Origin: a virus
Lineage: Duplodnaviria; Caudoviricetes
Virus record (IMG/VR): IMGVR_UViG_3300048998_000149
Location: 1-64,000 of that record
Length of the DNA: 64,000 nucleotides
Direction: 5' to 3' (one strand)
Position numbers and translations under genes: made by a program. Shown here piece by piece: positions 63,214-64,000 of this stretch; the first letter of the stretch is position 1; each line of letters opens with the position of its first letter. The notes below the pieces were generated by a model. The model made no database searches, had not been told where the DNA came from, and was given only the letters and a program-made list of their open reading frames with translations.

Positions 63214-64000
63214 GTGGCTGAACTGCATATCTCTATCACCGGCGATTGTATCGGCGCCACCTCCGCGATTGACAACACCAAGTCGGCTATTGATTCGCTC
63301 AACGGCAAGACCGCAGGTGTTGCTGTCGCGTTGAGCGGTTCCGACAGCGCTATCAGCGACCTGGGCAAGGTAGGAGCGGCCAGGCAGGCTGCGGGCGGCA
63401 CCGTCACGCTCGGCGTGGACGGCTCGGGCATCAGCGCGGGGCGCGACGCCCTGTCCGGCCTGCGGTCGGATGTGCGGGCGGCTGGCCGGGAACTCGACAC
63501 TATTAGCGGTAGCCGGGCGTTGGGCTTCTCCGACAACGGCTCGATCAGGCAGATGACCTCCGATCTGTCTGGGGCGAGCCGCGAGATGCGGGGCATCGGC
63601 GCCTCGGCGCAGGCGTTGGGGCGGGTCGATTCGGCTGCGCAGAGCGTCTCCCGGTCCACGTCGGGGATGGAAGCCAACATGTCGTCCGCTAACCGGACGG
63701 CGAGTGCCCTCAACGCCACTATCAGTGGTGGGGGCGATGCGGCGGCGTCCTCTACGGCTCAGATGCGGCAGTTGTCGATGGCGATGGCTGGTGGCGGCTC
63801 CGGCAGTGCACTCGCCGAATCCGCCGCCGACGGCAGCACCGCGGTGCGCACCCTCGAGGCCGATATGTCCTCGGCCAGCCGGTCGGCCGGCAAGTTATCC
63901 GACCAAGCCATCGCGGTCGGCCGAGCCCTCAACACGGGGGGGCTGCCTTCGGGGTTCAACACCTTCGGCGGTAGCGACGCCAGCGTCGGTATTCCCGGCA
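63214..64000 (+). CDS. tape measure protein (5' part, runs off the window)
   Basis: GTG after GGAG; Ala/Ser-rich helical ORF after the chaperones. Confidence 0.8.
   Translation, partial: MAELHISITGDCIGATSAIDNTKSAIDSLNGKTAGVAVALSGSDSAISDLGKVGAARQAAGGTVTLGVDGSGISAGRDALSGLRSDVRAAGRELDTISGSRALGFSDNGSIRQMTSDLSGASREMRGIGASAQALGRVDSAAQSVSRSTSGMEANMSSANRTASALNATISGGGDAAASSTAQMRQLSMAMAGGGSGSALAESAADGSTAVRTLEADMSSASRSAGKLSDQAIAVGRALNTGGLPSGFNTFGGSDASVGIPG

Noticed and set aside
1-64000. CRISPR array, retron/DGR reverse transcriptase, IS element
   Set aside because: No repeat-spacer array, RT motifs or transposase seen.

Overview
High-GC (actinobacterial) siphovirus genome segment, probably most of a phage infecting a filamentous actinomycete (WhiB, DUF397, leaderless genes). 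Layout: (i) 1-15.3 kb leftward early arm (many small ORFs, HEAGH metallopeptidase, XRE-HTH, beta-clamp dnaN, HNH, N4-C and C5-like methyltransferases, resolvase-like, WhiB, RecT-like, tandem RHH regulator). (ii) 15.4-43.6 kb mostly rightward arm (HTH proteins, GIY-YIG, lambda-O-like replication initiator with internal iterons, MazG-like, dcd, Xer-type tyrosine recombinase preceded by a dif-like site, kumamolisin-like S53 protease, RNase H-like exonuclease, tRNA-His, small terminase). (iii) 43.6-48.9 kb mostly leftward cassette (J-domain protein, RuvB) ending at a palindrome-rich region that may be the physical genome end. (iv) 48.9-64 kb virion morphogenesis operon (TerL, portal, protease/scaffold, capsid, head-tail, major tail, frameshifted tail chaperone, start of tape measure). 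The most unusual signal is a dispersed, strand-specific cis-element system in non-structural transcripts: hairpins displaying CCACCCC in their loops just after promoters and between genes, paired with a start-associated GAGGCACCAC motif in front of about 16 genes. About 27 non-virion proteins also end in Ala-Ala, like the ssrA degron. All assignments are from motif reading by eye; no database searches were run.
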